A stretch of DNA of 64,000 nt, taken from positions 54,534 to 118,533 of the forward strand of contig JAPVTA010000151.1 of the NCBI GenBank assembly GCA_047519465.1, in the 5' to 3' direction. Below, in pieces: positions 8,345-17,830 of this stretch (the stretch's first letter is position 1; each line of letters starts with the position of its first letter). The translations under genes and the position numbers were made by a program. Source of the DNA: Thermodesulfobacteriota bacterium (lineage in GTDB: Bacteria > Desulfobacterota > BSN033 > UBA1163). The notes beneath the pieces are model-generated. The model was given only the letters and a program-made list of their open reading frames with translations, was not told the origin of the DNA and did no database searches.

Positions 8345-9918
8345 AAAGCCGCTTCTGAATTCTCAAAAATCTTTACCCAGCCTTCCAGATGTGGAAGCTT
8401 CTCTACAAAAGATTGAGGATATCCTCCAAGGTGATGCACCTCACGATCGTCATAGATACGGGATTTCTTTATCAAAATATGATCGATTTCATTAATTCTA
8501 AGGGCATGATTCGTCTCTTCCGGATACCCCCAAAAAATTGTTCTCAAACTATAAACCGGACCCGATCTGGCCACTTTGAACGCACTCCAAATCACCCTCC
8601 GCTGTGCATAGATCAGAAGGTTCTCCTCAGGGTAGAGGATCAAGGCGCTCTCTGGCACGTTGTTTTTAATAAATTCAAATCCTTCCATCATCCCGGGAGA
8701 GATTTGCCTTTTCTGATGGACATAAAAAGAGGTACTGGCGAATTGGAGGATACATACGCCTATCAAGACCCACCTCCAAGATCTTCTAAGAGAGAGAAAC
8801 GAAGGAGTAATAAGAACAGCTAAGAAGGGGAGGATAGGGACTAGGTACCGCAAATCAGAGTGGACTCCAAAGACGATCAAGAATACAATGAGATAACTGA
8901 TCACAGGGACCCAGAGGCTAAGATCCTTTCTTTCCCATCGCCTAAAACGAAAAATATGAAATAATAGTAAAAACAGAAATACCAAACCAAGGTATTTGAT
9001 GAGGTCTATGGAATTCGTCAAATTTGAGCTTGAAAATTCTTTAACTATAATATTTTTAGCTGGACTTGTAACTTGTAGTCTGACGATTTGTTCCGGGATT
9101 TGTTCTACGATTCGTTTCGAGATTGGTTCTGAGGTTCGTTCCAAGATTCGTAACCACATTCCTTCCGAGATTCGTTCAAAAAATCGTTCCAAGATGCTTC
9201 CCTTACTGATGATGTTAAATTGGAAAGGTATATTTTTGTTTCGCCACAAAAAATCCGGGATGTAGATGGTGAGAACAGGCAGGGTGAAGAAGGTCATATT
9301 TTTCACAATCTTTAAAAGGTTTTTCTTCTCATTCCAAAAAATTAAAAAAAGGAATCCAGGGAAGAAGAAAACCGAATTGAGTTTTGTAAAATACATTAAA
9401 GCTGATGCCACACCCGCTTCAATATATCTTTTCTTAAGAATGAAATACATACTGAAGATTGAGAAAGTGGTTAATGGGATGTCCACATATAGGAGTGTAC
9501 TAAAGCTCACCATGGTCGGTATGGTGGCGATGATGAAAGCGGAGAACCAACCCGCTTCTTGGTTCCCTGTAACCTCTTTCGCCAAAATAAATGTCATCCA
9601 GACCAAAAGGATAAAGAATAGAATGTGATAGATTTGTGCACTCGTCTGATAAACCCCTCCGGTAATCTTCCAAAGAAAGGCTAAGCCAAAATGCCACAAA
9701 GGGGGATCATTATTAAAAAAGCCTGGAGGATTCCCAGATGCATAGAGAGGATCAAATGGAACCCTCTTCCCCGTATTGTAAATATTCTGAGCAAATCGAT
9801 AATGGTGGGACTCATCTCCAAGGGAGACGGGAGTGATGGATCCATTGATGACAATGATGGCGGCTTCCAAAAGAAGAAGGGCCCAGAATATCTTTACAGG
9901 AGATCGGGTTCGCACCAT
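8323..9918 (-). CDS. GT-C-like membrane glycosyltransferase candidate, paralog 3 of 3 (divergent, with a repeat insertion)
   Basis: It carries LGDESHHYRFAQNIYNTGKRVPFDPLYASGNPPGFF, HSDLRYLVP and DHILIKKSRIYDDREVHHLGGYPQSF. The ATG at 9918 avoids overlap with the upstream methyltransferase; the ORF-track start is 9972. Confidence 0.6.
   Translation of the reverse strand: MVRTRSPVKIFWALLLLEAAIIVINGSITPVSLGDESHHYRFAQNIYNTGKRVPFDPLYASGNPPGFFNNDPPLWHFGLAFLWKITGGVYQTSAQIYHILFFILLVWMTFILAKEVTGNQEAGWFSAFIIATIPTMVSFSTLLYVDIPLTTFSIFSMYFILKKRYIEAGVASALMYFTKLNSVFFFPGFLFLIFWNEKKNLLKIVKNMTFFTLPVLTIYIPDFLWRNKNIPFQFNIISKGSILERFFERISEGMWLRILERTSEPISKRIVEQIPEQIVRLQVTSPAKNIIVKEFSSSNLTNSIDLIKYLGLVFLFLLLFHIFRFRRWERKDLSLWVPVISYLIVFLIVFGVHSDLRYLVPILPFLAVLITPSFLSLRRSWRWVLIGVCILQFASTSFYVHQKRQISPGMMEGFEFIKNNVPESALILYPEENLLIYAQRRVIWSAFKVARSGPVYSLRTIFWGYPEETNHALRINEIDHILIKKSRIYDDREVHHLGGYPQSFVEKLPHLEGWVKIFENSEAALWKRVQP
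9082..9201. repeat. Degenerate 12-nt tandem repeat, about 10 units, in frame inside paralog 3
   Basis: Plus-strand units are gacgatttgttc, cgggatttgttc, tacgattcgttt, cgagattggttc, tgaggttcgttc, caagattcgtaa, ccacattccttc, cgagattcgttc, aaaaaatcgttc and caagatgcttcc. On the minus strand they encode GSIL-ERFF-ERIS-EGMW-LRIL-ERTS-EPIS-KRIV-EQIP-EQIV. Confidence 0.9.
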
Positions 9919-9925
9919 ATTTCGT

Positions 9926-10639
9926 TTATTTCGTTGCAAAAATGAAGAGTCGATCCAAAATCTTCGATCCAAGATGGATTGGAAGCAAGATGGGTTTGAC
10001 CGTCGAAACCTTCTTGAACTTTCCCCTAAGGGTTGTTGAGGGTGGAAAGCCGTGAAGCAAACTGCCTTTCATCTCGACCTCACGGAATCCTGCTTGGCGC
10101 AGTGAATCCTCCCAATGTTTCCAACCCTGAACATTGATATGAGTTGGGTCATCTCTTCCATAAATTAATTTCATATAGATATCCCTCGGTAGGGAATCTC
10201 CGTTGGGGGTAATCAAAAAGAGGAGGCCCCCTTTTATCAATATTCGATAAATCTCCTTGACGAAAAAGTCTTCATCCTCCACATGTTCAATCACATCGAA
10301 GGCGGTCACCGCATCGAAAAAGTTCGAATCGAAACTCGATTTCTCTTTTGAAAAATCAAGCTGGGTCACCTTCGCTTTCTCTAAACCCCTTAATTTCTGA
10401 ATGGCTGCTGTCGAGATATCTACTCCATATATTTCAGGGATCCCTGCTTCAACACAGGATCGCAAAAAATACCCAAATCCACACCCGATATCCAAAATTC
10501 TCTCCACCTTTCGCTTCCTCAACAACACCATCTTTAAATAAAAACGAACGATGGCTTTCCGTTCCTCATTGAAAACATATCGATCGCACAGCCATTCCCG
10601 GTAGTAAGACTCGTCAAATCTTTCGTCTTTCCTAATCAT
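9926..10639 (-). CDS. Class I SAM-dependent methyltransferase
   Basis: Motif I is ILDIGCGFGYF, followed by the acidic residue in GVDIS and motif AVTAFDVIEHV. Confidence 0.8.
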   Translation of the reverse strand: MIRKDERFDESYYREWLCDRYVFNEERKAIVRFYLKMVLLRKRKVERILDIGCGFGYFLRSCVEAGIPEIYGVDISTAAIQKLRGLEKAKVTQLDFSKEKSSFDSNFFDAVTAFDVIEHVEDEDFFVKEIYRILIKGGLLFLITPNGDSLPRDIYMKLIYGRDDPTHINVQGWKHWEDSLRQAGFREVEMKGSLLHGFPPSTTLRGKFKKVSTVKPILLPIHLGSKILDRLFIFATK

Positions 10640-11604
10640 AACGCTCGATCCCCTTCCTTAATACCATAATAAGTCACAAGGGATCCGTGTCCCGAGGCAC
10701 TCTCTAACTGCGTGCAAGGGCTCGACAAAAAAGTACAAAGGATCCAAGCCAGCCTTTGAAACAGAGGGTTCCCTCCCCTGCCTTCACTTGCCCAGGACCT
10801 TTGGGGATCAAGAGTCGGAAACAGGGAAATCACCAAGGTGGGCGGATGCCACCAGTTCATGAAATGGTCGATCTTCATCACTTTAAATCCAGCCTTTTTG
10901 AGCAGTGAGCTGAGGGTGTGAATATTAAAATAATAAAGGTCTCTTGGGACATCGAAAGCTGCCCATCTCTTCTTAAAGAGTTTATATTGCAAAGAATCCT
11001 TGTTCGGAACCTGAATGATCAAGAAACCGTCCTTCTTCAAGATCCGATGGATTTCTTTAATCACTTCATCAGGGTTATGAGTATGTTCCAAAACACTATA
11101 AAGAGTCACAATATCAAAAAATGCTTCTGGGAATTTAGCTGAAAGCAGATCTCCTTTTATCACATTTAGTTTCAAGTGCTCCTTTGCATAGCCTGCCGAA
11201 TCAGACGTCTCGACGCCGTAAGATTCAAACCCATTGTTTCTAAACACGTCAAGGCGATCACCTGTGCCACAGCCGATATCTAAAACCTTCCCCTGGGATC
11301 TCCCTGTAAATTTTACTACTTTCGAGACCTCGTCCCGTAGGAGATGATACCGGTAGCCCTTCTCTAATCTCCTAACCAATCTTATCAAAAAAGAATCGGC
11401 CTCCAGGGTTTCCTTCCAGGAATAAGTCTCCGGATAAAACCTTCCCATCTCTTCTTCGGAGGGCCTGGGGTTGATATAGAGAAGTCCACATCTCTGACAT
11501 TCGACAACATTAAATCCGTCTTCAGCAACACCAAATTTATCCTTCTTGCTAAAAAGGATCTGGATGTTATCAAGCCCACAAAGATTACAGTTCACATACT
11601 CCAT
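10636..11604 (-). CDS. SAM-dependent methyltransferase with an N-terminal CxxC...CxxC zinc-ribbon
   Basis: The N-terminus reads CNLCG...ECQRCGLLYINPRP, followed by VLDIGCGTGDRL and DIVTLYSVLEH. It is a paralog of 21761-22744. Confidence 0.8.
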   Translation of the reverse strand: MEYVNCNLCGLDNIQILFSKKDKFGVAEDGFNVVECQRCGLLYINPRPSEEEMGRFYPETYSWKETLEADSFLIRLVRRLEKGYRYHLLRDEVSKVVKFTGRSQGKVLDIGCGTGDRLDVFRNNGFESYGVETSDSAGYAKEHLKLNVIKGDLLSAKFPEAFFDIVTLYSVLEHTHNPDEVIKEIHRILKKDGFLIIQVPNKDSLQYKLFKKRWAAFDVPRDLYYFNIHTLSSLLKKAGFKVMKIDHFMNWWHPPTLVISLFPTLDPQRSWASEGRGGNPLFQRLAWILCTFLSSPCTQLESASGHGSLVTYYGIKEGDRAL

Positions 11605-12722
11605 TAAAATTCTCTTTTCCCAAATTCCCTGATCTCGTGGATAATCAAATCGACTTCCTCATCTTTCAAATCGGGAAAAAGAGGGAGGGTTAACAATTTT
11701 TTCCAGACGTTGTCGGAAACAGGTGTCTGGCCCAGAAAGGCATGATACATCTCATAGTGATTGTTCGGGATATAGTGCACCCCCGTAGAGATCCCCTTCT
11801 CCTGGAGATAGATATTGAGTGGATCCCTCTTCTCCACCTTGATCACATAATTGTGATGGGAAGGTTTTGCATAAGGTTTGATCGTCGGCGTTTCCAGCCA
11901 TTTCAGCCCTTTGAGGCCCCGGTTATACCTGTCCGTGATCTCTTTTCTCTTCTGATTCATCCGGTCCAGTTTTTTGAGCTGTACGAGGCCGATGGCTGCT
12001 GGAATGTCATTCATGTGGTACTTGAAGCCCACTTCTTCGACATTGTAGTACCACGAATATTTCTTATCCTTCTCTTCCCTTGACCATGTATCTTTCGAAA
12101 TGCCCATCCATCTCAGTTTCATCAGTCTCCCGTAGAGCTCTGGGTCATCGGTGGTAATCATCCCTCCCTCTCCGGTAGACATATTCTTGACGGCATGAAA
12201 ACTAAAGCAAGCGAGATCCCCCACAGAGCCCAATCTCTGCCCTTTATATTCCCCTCCACAGCCATGGGCTGCATCTTCTATCACCCGGATATTCCCAGCT
12301 TTGGCCATCTCCAAAATGGGATCCATATCACAGGCATGCCCTCCATAGTGGACGACTAAGACGGCTTTTGTCTTTGGAGTAATATTCTTTCTAATTTCAC
12401 TCGGATCAATATTGAGGGTATCGGGTTCAATGTCCGCAAAGACAGGAGTGCCTCCGTTGTAAAGGATGGCATGATTAGTTGAAACAAATGTCATCGGGGT
12501 CGTAATCACTTCCATATCTTTAATCTCGAGAACTTTTAATGCTAGATGGAGGGCAGCCGTTCCTGAGTTGAGAGCTACAGCAAATCTCGTCCCAATATAC
12601 TCAGCAAACCTTTCTTCAAACGCTCTGGTCTTCGGGCCCAAACCGATCCATCCCGTTTTGAAAGGTTCCCGGAGTGCCTCCAATTCCTCTTCCCCGAAGC
12701 AAGGTTTAAACACAGGTATCAT
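11604..12722 (-). CDS. DegT/DnrJ/EryC1/StrS-family PLP-dependent sugar aminotransferase
   Basis: The protein reads MIPVFKPCFGEEELEALREPFKTGWIGLGPKTRAFEERFAEYIG...NSGTAALHLAL...FSFHAVKN (PLP lysine). The start is moved to ATG 12722, preceded by GGAAGGGAG. The ORF-track 5' extension to 12989 overlaps the upstream GT2. Confidence 0.85.
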   Translation of the reverse strand: MIPVFKPCFGEEELEALREPFKTGWIGLGPKTRAFEERFAEYIGTRFAVALNSGTAALHLALKVLEIKDMEVITTPMTFVSTNHAILYNGGTPVFADIEPDTLNIDPSEIRKNITPKTKAVLVVHYGGHACDMDPILEMAKAGNIRVIEDAAHGCGGEYKGQRLGSVGDLACFSFHAVKNMSTGEGGMITTDDPELYGRLMKLRWMGISKDTWSREEKDKKYSWYYNVEEVGFKYHMNDIPAAIGLVQLKKLDRMNQKRKEITDRYNRGLKGLKWLETPTIKPYAKPSHHNYVIKVEKRDPLNIYLQEKGISTGVHYIPNNHYEMYHAFLGQTPVSDNVWKKLLTLPLFPDLKDEEVDLIIHEIREFGKREF

Positions 12723-12736
12723 TGCTCGCTCCCTTC

Positions 12737-13765
12737 CTATTCCCTTAAGGCAATCTGTCTTGCGGAAATTCCATATTGCCTGATCAGTCTGTAAACTTCC
12801 TTGTTGGAAATCCTTTTCTTCTCTTGAATAGCCCTTCTCTTCCGAATCATTAGGGGAAGGGATCTCCAAATCGAAAGATAGACCTTTATCAATATCTTGA
12901 TAAGCGCTGTCTTCGAAAAATCGCTTGTAAACCGCCCGGCTGCTCCCTCCCCGGTAAAGGCTCCGTAAGCCTGCAACACATACCGCCAAAACGTGTAGAA
13001 TTGACCAAAGAGGAGTAGAGAGATGGGGAAACTCTTAATCGCCACCCAAATTCGATTCCTCTCCACCAAAAACGCCTTAAATGGGGAGTAAGTCCCGGAA
13101 CTGGCGGAGTGAAAATGGTAGACGATCGCTCTGGGGTTGTACATGCACTTCCAACCTGCCAGTTGTGCTCTCCACCCCATATCCGTCTCATCGGCATAAG
13201 CAAAGAAATCTTCGTCATAAAGGCCTATATCTTCTAACATCTCACTGCGATAGAGGCAAGCACAATCGCTCGCAAAGAAAACCTCGGCTTCTTCATTATA
13301 ACGGTCCCCTCTTTCCAACCTTCCTCTCCCAATGGAAAGACCATCCGGGCAGACCACAATGCCGGCAGCGTCGATGAGGTCCTCCTCATATTCAAGAAGA
13401 ATCTTAGAAGCACAGGCACCGTACCGAGCATTTTTTTCGATGCCCCTCTTCAATTCTTCGATGCAGTTCGGGTCCAGGCGGGTGTCGTTGTTCAACATCA
13501 TAATATACCTTCCCTGAGATACTCGGATTCCAACATTATTTCCTCCTCCAAACCCTAAATTCTTTCCGTTGATGAGCAATTTGACGTCGGGAAATCTCTT
13601 CCTTACTAATTCGGCCGAACCATCCGTCGATGCATTATCTACCACAATCAGTTCCAAAGGATCGTAGGTCTGTTCTCGAAGGGAATTCAGGCACTTCTCC
13701 ACTACCTGTTGACCATTCCAGTTCAGGACGACGACGCTGATCAGCGGCGAGTCAGGCTCCATCAA
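12737..13765 (-). CDS. Family 2 glycosyltransferase
   Basis: Motifs ISVVVLNWNG......L.SL..QTY..LELIVVDNASTDGS and NNDT are present. Confidence 0.85.
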   Translation of the reverse strand: MMEPDSPLISVVVLNWNGQQVVEKCLNSLREQTYDPLELIVVDNASTDGSAELVRKRFPDVKLLINGKNLGFGGGNNVGIRVSQGRYIMMLNNDTRLDPNCIEELKRGIEKNARYGACASKILLEYEEDLIDAAGIVVCPDGLSIGRGRLERGDRYNEEAEVFFASDCACLYRSEMLEDIGLYDEDFFAYADETDMGWRAQLAGWKCMYNPRAIVYHFHSASSGTYSPFKAFLVERNRIWVAIKSFPISLLLFGQFYTFWRYVLQAYGAFTGEGAAGRFTSDFSKTALIKILIKVYLSIWRSLPLMIRKRRAIQEKKRISNKEVYRLIRQYGISARQIALRE

Positions 13766-15051
13766 TTTTTCACCGTTCTTTCATCCACATGATAAACCAT
13801 GTAAACATTTACTCCAAAGAGACAAAGAGCCACGATGCCCACCGCAACAAGCACCTGGGTTAAGGTCTTGTGAAAGAGGAGAATGGATCCAGTTTGACCT
13901 ATGGTCGAAAAGAATAGCGGGTAAAGAAACCCTCTTCGCTGAGTGGAGAGATGGTAATAAAGCAGGATGAGAATGAAAGAGAATAAGCTCATATTGATGC
14001 AAAAAAACCTAACCAACGGGATACATTCTAAGTAAGCCTTCCCGCTCACAACCCTAATAATAAGAGAAGGGAAAAACAGACCAACGAAGACCGCCAAGCC
14101 ACAAAAAGTGAGTGCAATCATCAGCCCTCGTTTCAAGATTGGGGGACCCTCCTGCGCTCGGCCTTGGCCCTGCAGTGCAATAAGCTTGGGGAACATCACC
14201 ATCACCACAGGGATGGGAAGAAAAAGGATGATCTTTCCAACCATCTGAGCGATAGAATAGTACCCTGCCTCTATTGGCGTGAAAAAATGTTTAACCAAGA
14301 TTAAATCAATATTGGTGAGCACCATAAAACATAGGAGAGTGATCCCCACAGGCAAAAAATACTGGTACACCTCTGAGATATAAGCTGGATCAGATTCTTC
14401 GACGCTTTGTTCAGACTTTGACTCATTTCTCTTTGGCAGGAAACCGCCTAAGATGATGAGAGATAAAAAGAAAGTCGCCCCGTAAGAAAACGCAACGGCT
14501 CCCATCGCTCCTAATAGCCCAAAACCCAAGAAGACGAAAAGGATCCCCAAACCCAGTTTAAGACCGCTGTTCATAATGAGGTTAAAAGTGAGTGAACCAA
14601 ACTTTTGCAGGCCCTGAAGCCCTCCCCATGGAATTGGGATAATCATCGCAAAAAACAATCCAGCGGCTAAAAGAATAATCAATCCATAAGAGGAGATTTG
14701 GAGAAAAGAAGAGATGAATCGGATACCGACCACAATGAACAAAAAAATAGCAAAGCCAACGATCAGCATCAATATCAGAAGGTGCCGAAGCAGTCTGTTC
14801 GTTCGTTCGTATTTATCCTGGACCTGAAAGGAAGAAATGAATTTTGTCACCGCTGTTTGAACCGTACTCGCGGGGACAGAGATGATCATGAATAATGCCA
14901 TGAGAGTATTCAGCTGCCCATAGTCGATAGGGGGAAGGTACCTCACCATAAAAAGATGATAAAAAAGGTTGAAGAGGTTGAAGAGACTAACACCTACAAA
15001 CATCAACCCGGTGTGCCGGAGAAATTCATCCTTCAATCTTAAGATCTTCAA
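13762..15051 (-). CDS. Wzx-type (MOP superfamily) oligosaccharide flippase
   Basis: The 429-aa protein has about 12 hydrophobic helices. Its position inside a glycan locus and the 4-nt overlaps with both neighbours fit this call. Confidence 0.65.
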   Translation of the reverse strand: MKILRLKDEFLRHTGLMFVGVSLFNLFNLFYHLFMVRYLPPIDYGQLNTLMALFMIISVPASTVQTAVTKFISSFQVQDKYERTNRLLRHLLILMLIVGFAIFLFIVVGIRFISSFLQISSYGLIILLAAGLFFAMIIPIPWGGLQGLQKFGSLTFNLIMNSGLKLGLGILFVFLGFGLLGAMGAVAFSYGATFFLSLIILGGFLPKRNESKSEQSVEESDPAYISEVYQYFLPVGITLLCFMVLTNIDLILVKHFFTPIEAGYYSIAQMVGKIILFLPIPVVMVMFPKLIALQGQGRAQEGPPILKRGLMIALTFCGLAVFVGLFFPSLIIRVVSGKAYLECIPLVRFFCINMSLFSFILILLYYHLSTQRRGFLYPLFFSTIGQTGSILLFHKTLTQVLVAVGIVALCLFGVNVYMVYHVDERTVKN

Positions 15052-16607
15052 TAAATCACCCCGTAAACGATGATCAAATTCCCGGCCTTTCCCGTAAGTC
15101 TATAACATTCTCTTAAATCCGTTAATCGAATGGATTCTTTAAAATCCGGATTCAACTCATGAGTGTGTCTATTTACTAAAATGTACTTAACCCCCCTTTC
15201 TCTTGCAAGCTGAATAATCTCCTTATAGGACTTGCCGGGGGTCCCGGGCGTATAAACTCCGGGCGGCAATAGAACAAATTCTCTTTCACCATAGAATGCT
15301 TCGAGAGGGCTATTACTCATAATGATAGCGCCTTGGGGTGTATTCTGTCTTAGCCACAGCCCTACCATTTTCTCTTCTGCACGACCTCGCCTCTCCGGCG
15401 TCAAACTCTGAGGCAACTGCACCAGGAGGCTTAGAATGATCAAAAACGAAACCCACTTCTCAGGGTTCGATATTTTGAACCTCTGCAAATACCTTGGAAC
15501 TTCCAAAATACCAGTGCCCGCCCAGAATAGTGAAATAGGTATTAAGGGAACAGAAAAACGGATGCTGGACTTTGTAAAAGTAGACAAAGAAACTAAGTGA
15601 AATAAAACAAGAGAGGCAAGGAACAATTCCCCTTTCACTCCCTCTTGTCTCACCCTTATCAATCCAAAAAATAAAAATACCCATAAAGCAAAATGATAGG
15701 CCCTCAGATAATGGTAGGCGGTGAACGGAATGAATCGAGTAATGTTTTTTACCATCTCCAGAATCTTACGGCTCCTTGCTTCGGTTTTCGGCACCTCAGC
15801 TGGTTTTGTTGCTTGAATACCGACTTCTGAGGGGGGATCCTTTTTCTCCTCAACCCGGTTTAATACCTCGGATTGGACTGTCCTCCCTTTTTTGCTAATC
15901 AACCATTGACCTGTCTCTCGATGGATATAAAGAAGATAAGGGATGGTGAGGATGAATAACGGCAAAATCAAAGCACCGATTAGAGCCATTTTTTTGAACC
16001 ATCTTTCCTTTATCCCACCGTAGATAACGACCCAAACCAGAAGAACGAATAAATATCCAATTCCCTCCGGCCTCGTAAGATAAGCCAAGGGTAAAAACAA
16101 TCCTGAGACGATCAACCCAAGAATCCTCCCTCGCTTCAATCCCACCCAAAAAAAATAAACGGATAAAGTAATAAGACCCCAGTAGGTGGCTTCGGAAAGG
16201 AGCATTCCGGAGTAGGTCACCAAATAGGCATGAAAAGAATAAAAAAGGCCTGAAAAAATAGCCTCCTTTTGCCCTATTGCCTCTTTTACAAGGTAGAAAA
16301 CAGGGATTAAGGTGATGGTCCCAAAAAATAGGGAAATCAATCTGCCAGCCATTTCCACATAGTGAGGACTGGGTGAAACCAACCAAATCAGAAAGGGATA
16401 AAGGGGATGTAAAGCTGAAGACAGCCCTTTTGCAAAATCATGTCTTAAGAAATCTCTTGCCATGAATCCATAGCCTGCTCCGTCATAGGCAATTCCTTTT
16501 CCCATCAGAACCGCATAAAGTCTCAATCCAAAGGTAATCCCCAGGAGGATCAAAAGTATCTGTTTTTCGCTAAGGTCTTCTATAAAAAGCACGATCTTAC
16601 TAATCAT
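15048..16607 (-). CDS. GT-C family (ArnT/PMT_2-like, GT39/GT83-type) membrane glycosyltransferase
   Basis: The 519-aa polytopic protein has a first loop ..GIAYDGAGYGFMARDF.. and a soluble C-terminal domain. It is distinct from the three paralogs above. Confidence 0.6.
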   Translation of the reverse strand: MISKIVLFIEDLSEKQILLILLGITFGLRLYAVLMGKGIAYDGAGYGFMARDFLRHDFAKGLSSALHPLYPFLIWLVSPSPHYVEMAGRLISLFFGTITLIPVFYLVKEAIGQKEAIFSGLFYSFHAYLVTYSGMLLSEATYWGLITLSVYFFWVGLKRGRILGLIVSGLFLPLAYLTRPEGIGYLFVLLVWVVIYGGIKERWFKKMALIGALILPLFILTIPYLLYIHRETGQWLISKKGRTVQSEVLNRVEEKKDPPSEVGIQATKPAEVPKTEARSRKILEMVKNITRFIPFTAYHYLRAYHFALWVFLFFGLIRVRQEGVKGELFLASLVLFHLVSLSTFTKSSIRFSVPLIPISLFWAGTGILEVPRYLQRFKISNPEKWVSFLIILSLLVQLPQSLTPERRGRAEEKMVGLWLRQNTPQGAIIMSNSPLEAFYGEREFVLLPPGVYTPGTPGKSYKEIIQLARERGVKYILVNRHTHELNPDFKESIRLTDLRECYRLTGKAGNLIIVYGVIY

Positions 16608-16758
16608 CTATTTGGAATCCTCTTTCTCCAAGATTTATATTTATTTAATTGCAAATTTCCAAAAGATCAAGGGTCGCTTGGTATAAATTCTTAATATTTA
16701 CGCGTATCTTCGTCGTAAGAGCAGTCAGAGAAGTTGACAGAGCCGATTTTGTTTCCTT

Positions 16759-17598
16759 TTACATCAGTCCCAGAATGTGATCGACTCTTGTAAATTTGAA
16801 ATGTTTTAACAAGAATTCCAATTTTCTTATGGCACTCGGGACACCGTAGTATGAACGAATACGGTTGGAAACAGATAATTTCAGTCTCGGCGTTTTTGGA
16901 TCGCCTTCCCAGGGATGATAGTAAATGAGGAACGAACGATGCCGACTAAGTCTCTTCAACCCCCAGTAAAGGAGAGGGAGGGGGTACATCCTGAAATAGC
17001 CTCCCCCTGCTATGGGAATCCTCAGTTTCCCAAAGGTCAGCAAGGAGATGGGAAACTCAATCAGGGGACTTTGAGGATCTTCCTTCCTTAAGTCTTCCAA
17101 TGAGATTCGATAAGGATGGGCCGGTGCCCCGCTTATCCCATAAAGTGGACTTATTTTCGCAGGAAAGATGCTTGAATCATATTGGTACCCAAATTCCAGA
17201 AGAACCTTAAGGGCCCATTTGGTACGATTATCAAGAGAAAAACAAGGGGCGCGGAACCCCTTCATCCGAACATCTCCAAGAATCTCTCTCACGACGGAAT
17301 GGAAACGTTTAAGTTCTTCTCGAAAAAGACTTTCATCCAATTTACATAATAGGGTGTGCGAATAACCATGACAGCCAATCTCATGTCCTCTTCGAAAAAT
17401 AGACCGAATCAGTTCAGGATTCTGTTCGGCAACTTCCCCCACTACAAAGAAGGAAGCTTTGGCTTGATGGCGGTCAAGGAGGTCGAGAATTGGCCGAGTC
17501 GCCTCTGCTGCCCGAGAGATAGGGGACCTTCTTCCCTCCACCAGTTCCGAGTGATACCATTCCTCTAAATCAATCGACAAGGCATGCATCACAGTCAT
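16759..17598 (-). CDS. Polysaccharide deacetylase (CE4 NodB-type with a C-terminal extension)
   Basis: The protein shows HALSIDLEEWYH, ..ASFFVVGEVAE.. and ..GHEIGCHGYSH... Confidence 0.75.
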   Translation of the reverse strand: MTVMHALSIDLEEWYHSELVEGRRSPISRAAEATRPILDLLDRHQAKASFFVVGEVAEQNPELIRSIFRRGHEIGCHGYSHTLLCKLDESLFREELKRFHSVVREILGDVRMKGFRAPCFSLDNRTKWALKVLLEFGYQYDSSIFPAKISPLYGISGAPAHPYRISLEDLRKEDPQSPLIEFPISLLTFGKLRIPIAGGGYFRMYPLPLLYWGLKRLSRHRSFLIYYHPWEGDPKTPRLKLSVSNRIRSYYGVPSAIRKLEFLLKHFKFTRVDHILGLM

Positions 17599-17830
17599 CT
17601 CAGCGTTTCGATAACCTCATTCATCGTATGGTATGCATCAGCCCATGATGATCCAGGCACTCTTTTTGTTATTTCAACGTGCAGGTTATCTGTGGGAAAC
17701 AAGAAAAATCAAGAAGGGATAAAAAGGAGGGCGGCTGAGGACAACCCCTTCATGGTATCACCCTTTGAAATAGATTCAACGTGATAATTTCAGGGGGGCG
17801 ACCCGAGAGTTTCCGGCTTTTTTGGACTTT

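Noticed and set aside
9082-9201. The 12-nt repeat array, and the other repeat blocks, as possible CRISPR arrays.
   Set aside because: The units are contiguous with no spacers and far shorter than CRISPR repeats. They lie in frame within a CDS, and no cas genes are in the window.
12723-12989. A 5' extension of 89 codons on the DegT aminotransferase ORF (track start 12989).
   Set aside because: The extension overlaps the 3' end of the upstream GT2 gene in another frame and has no similarity to DegT N-termini. The internal ATG at 12722 gives the canonical MIPVFKP... start with a GGAAGGGAG ribosome-binding site.
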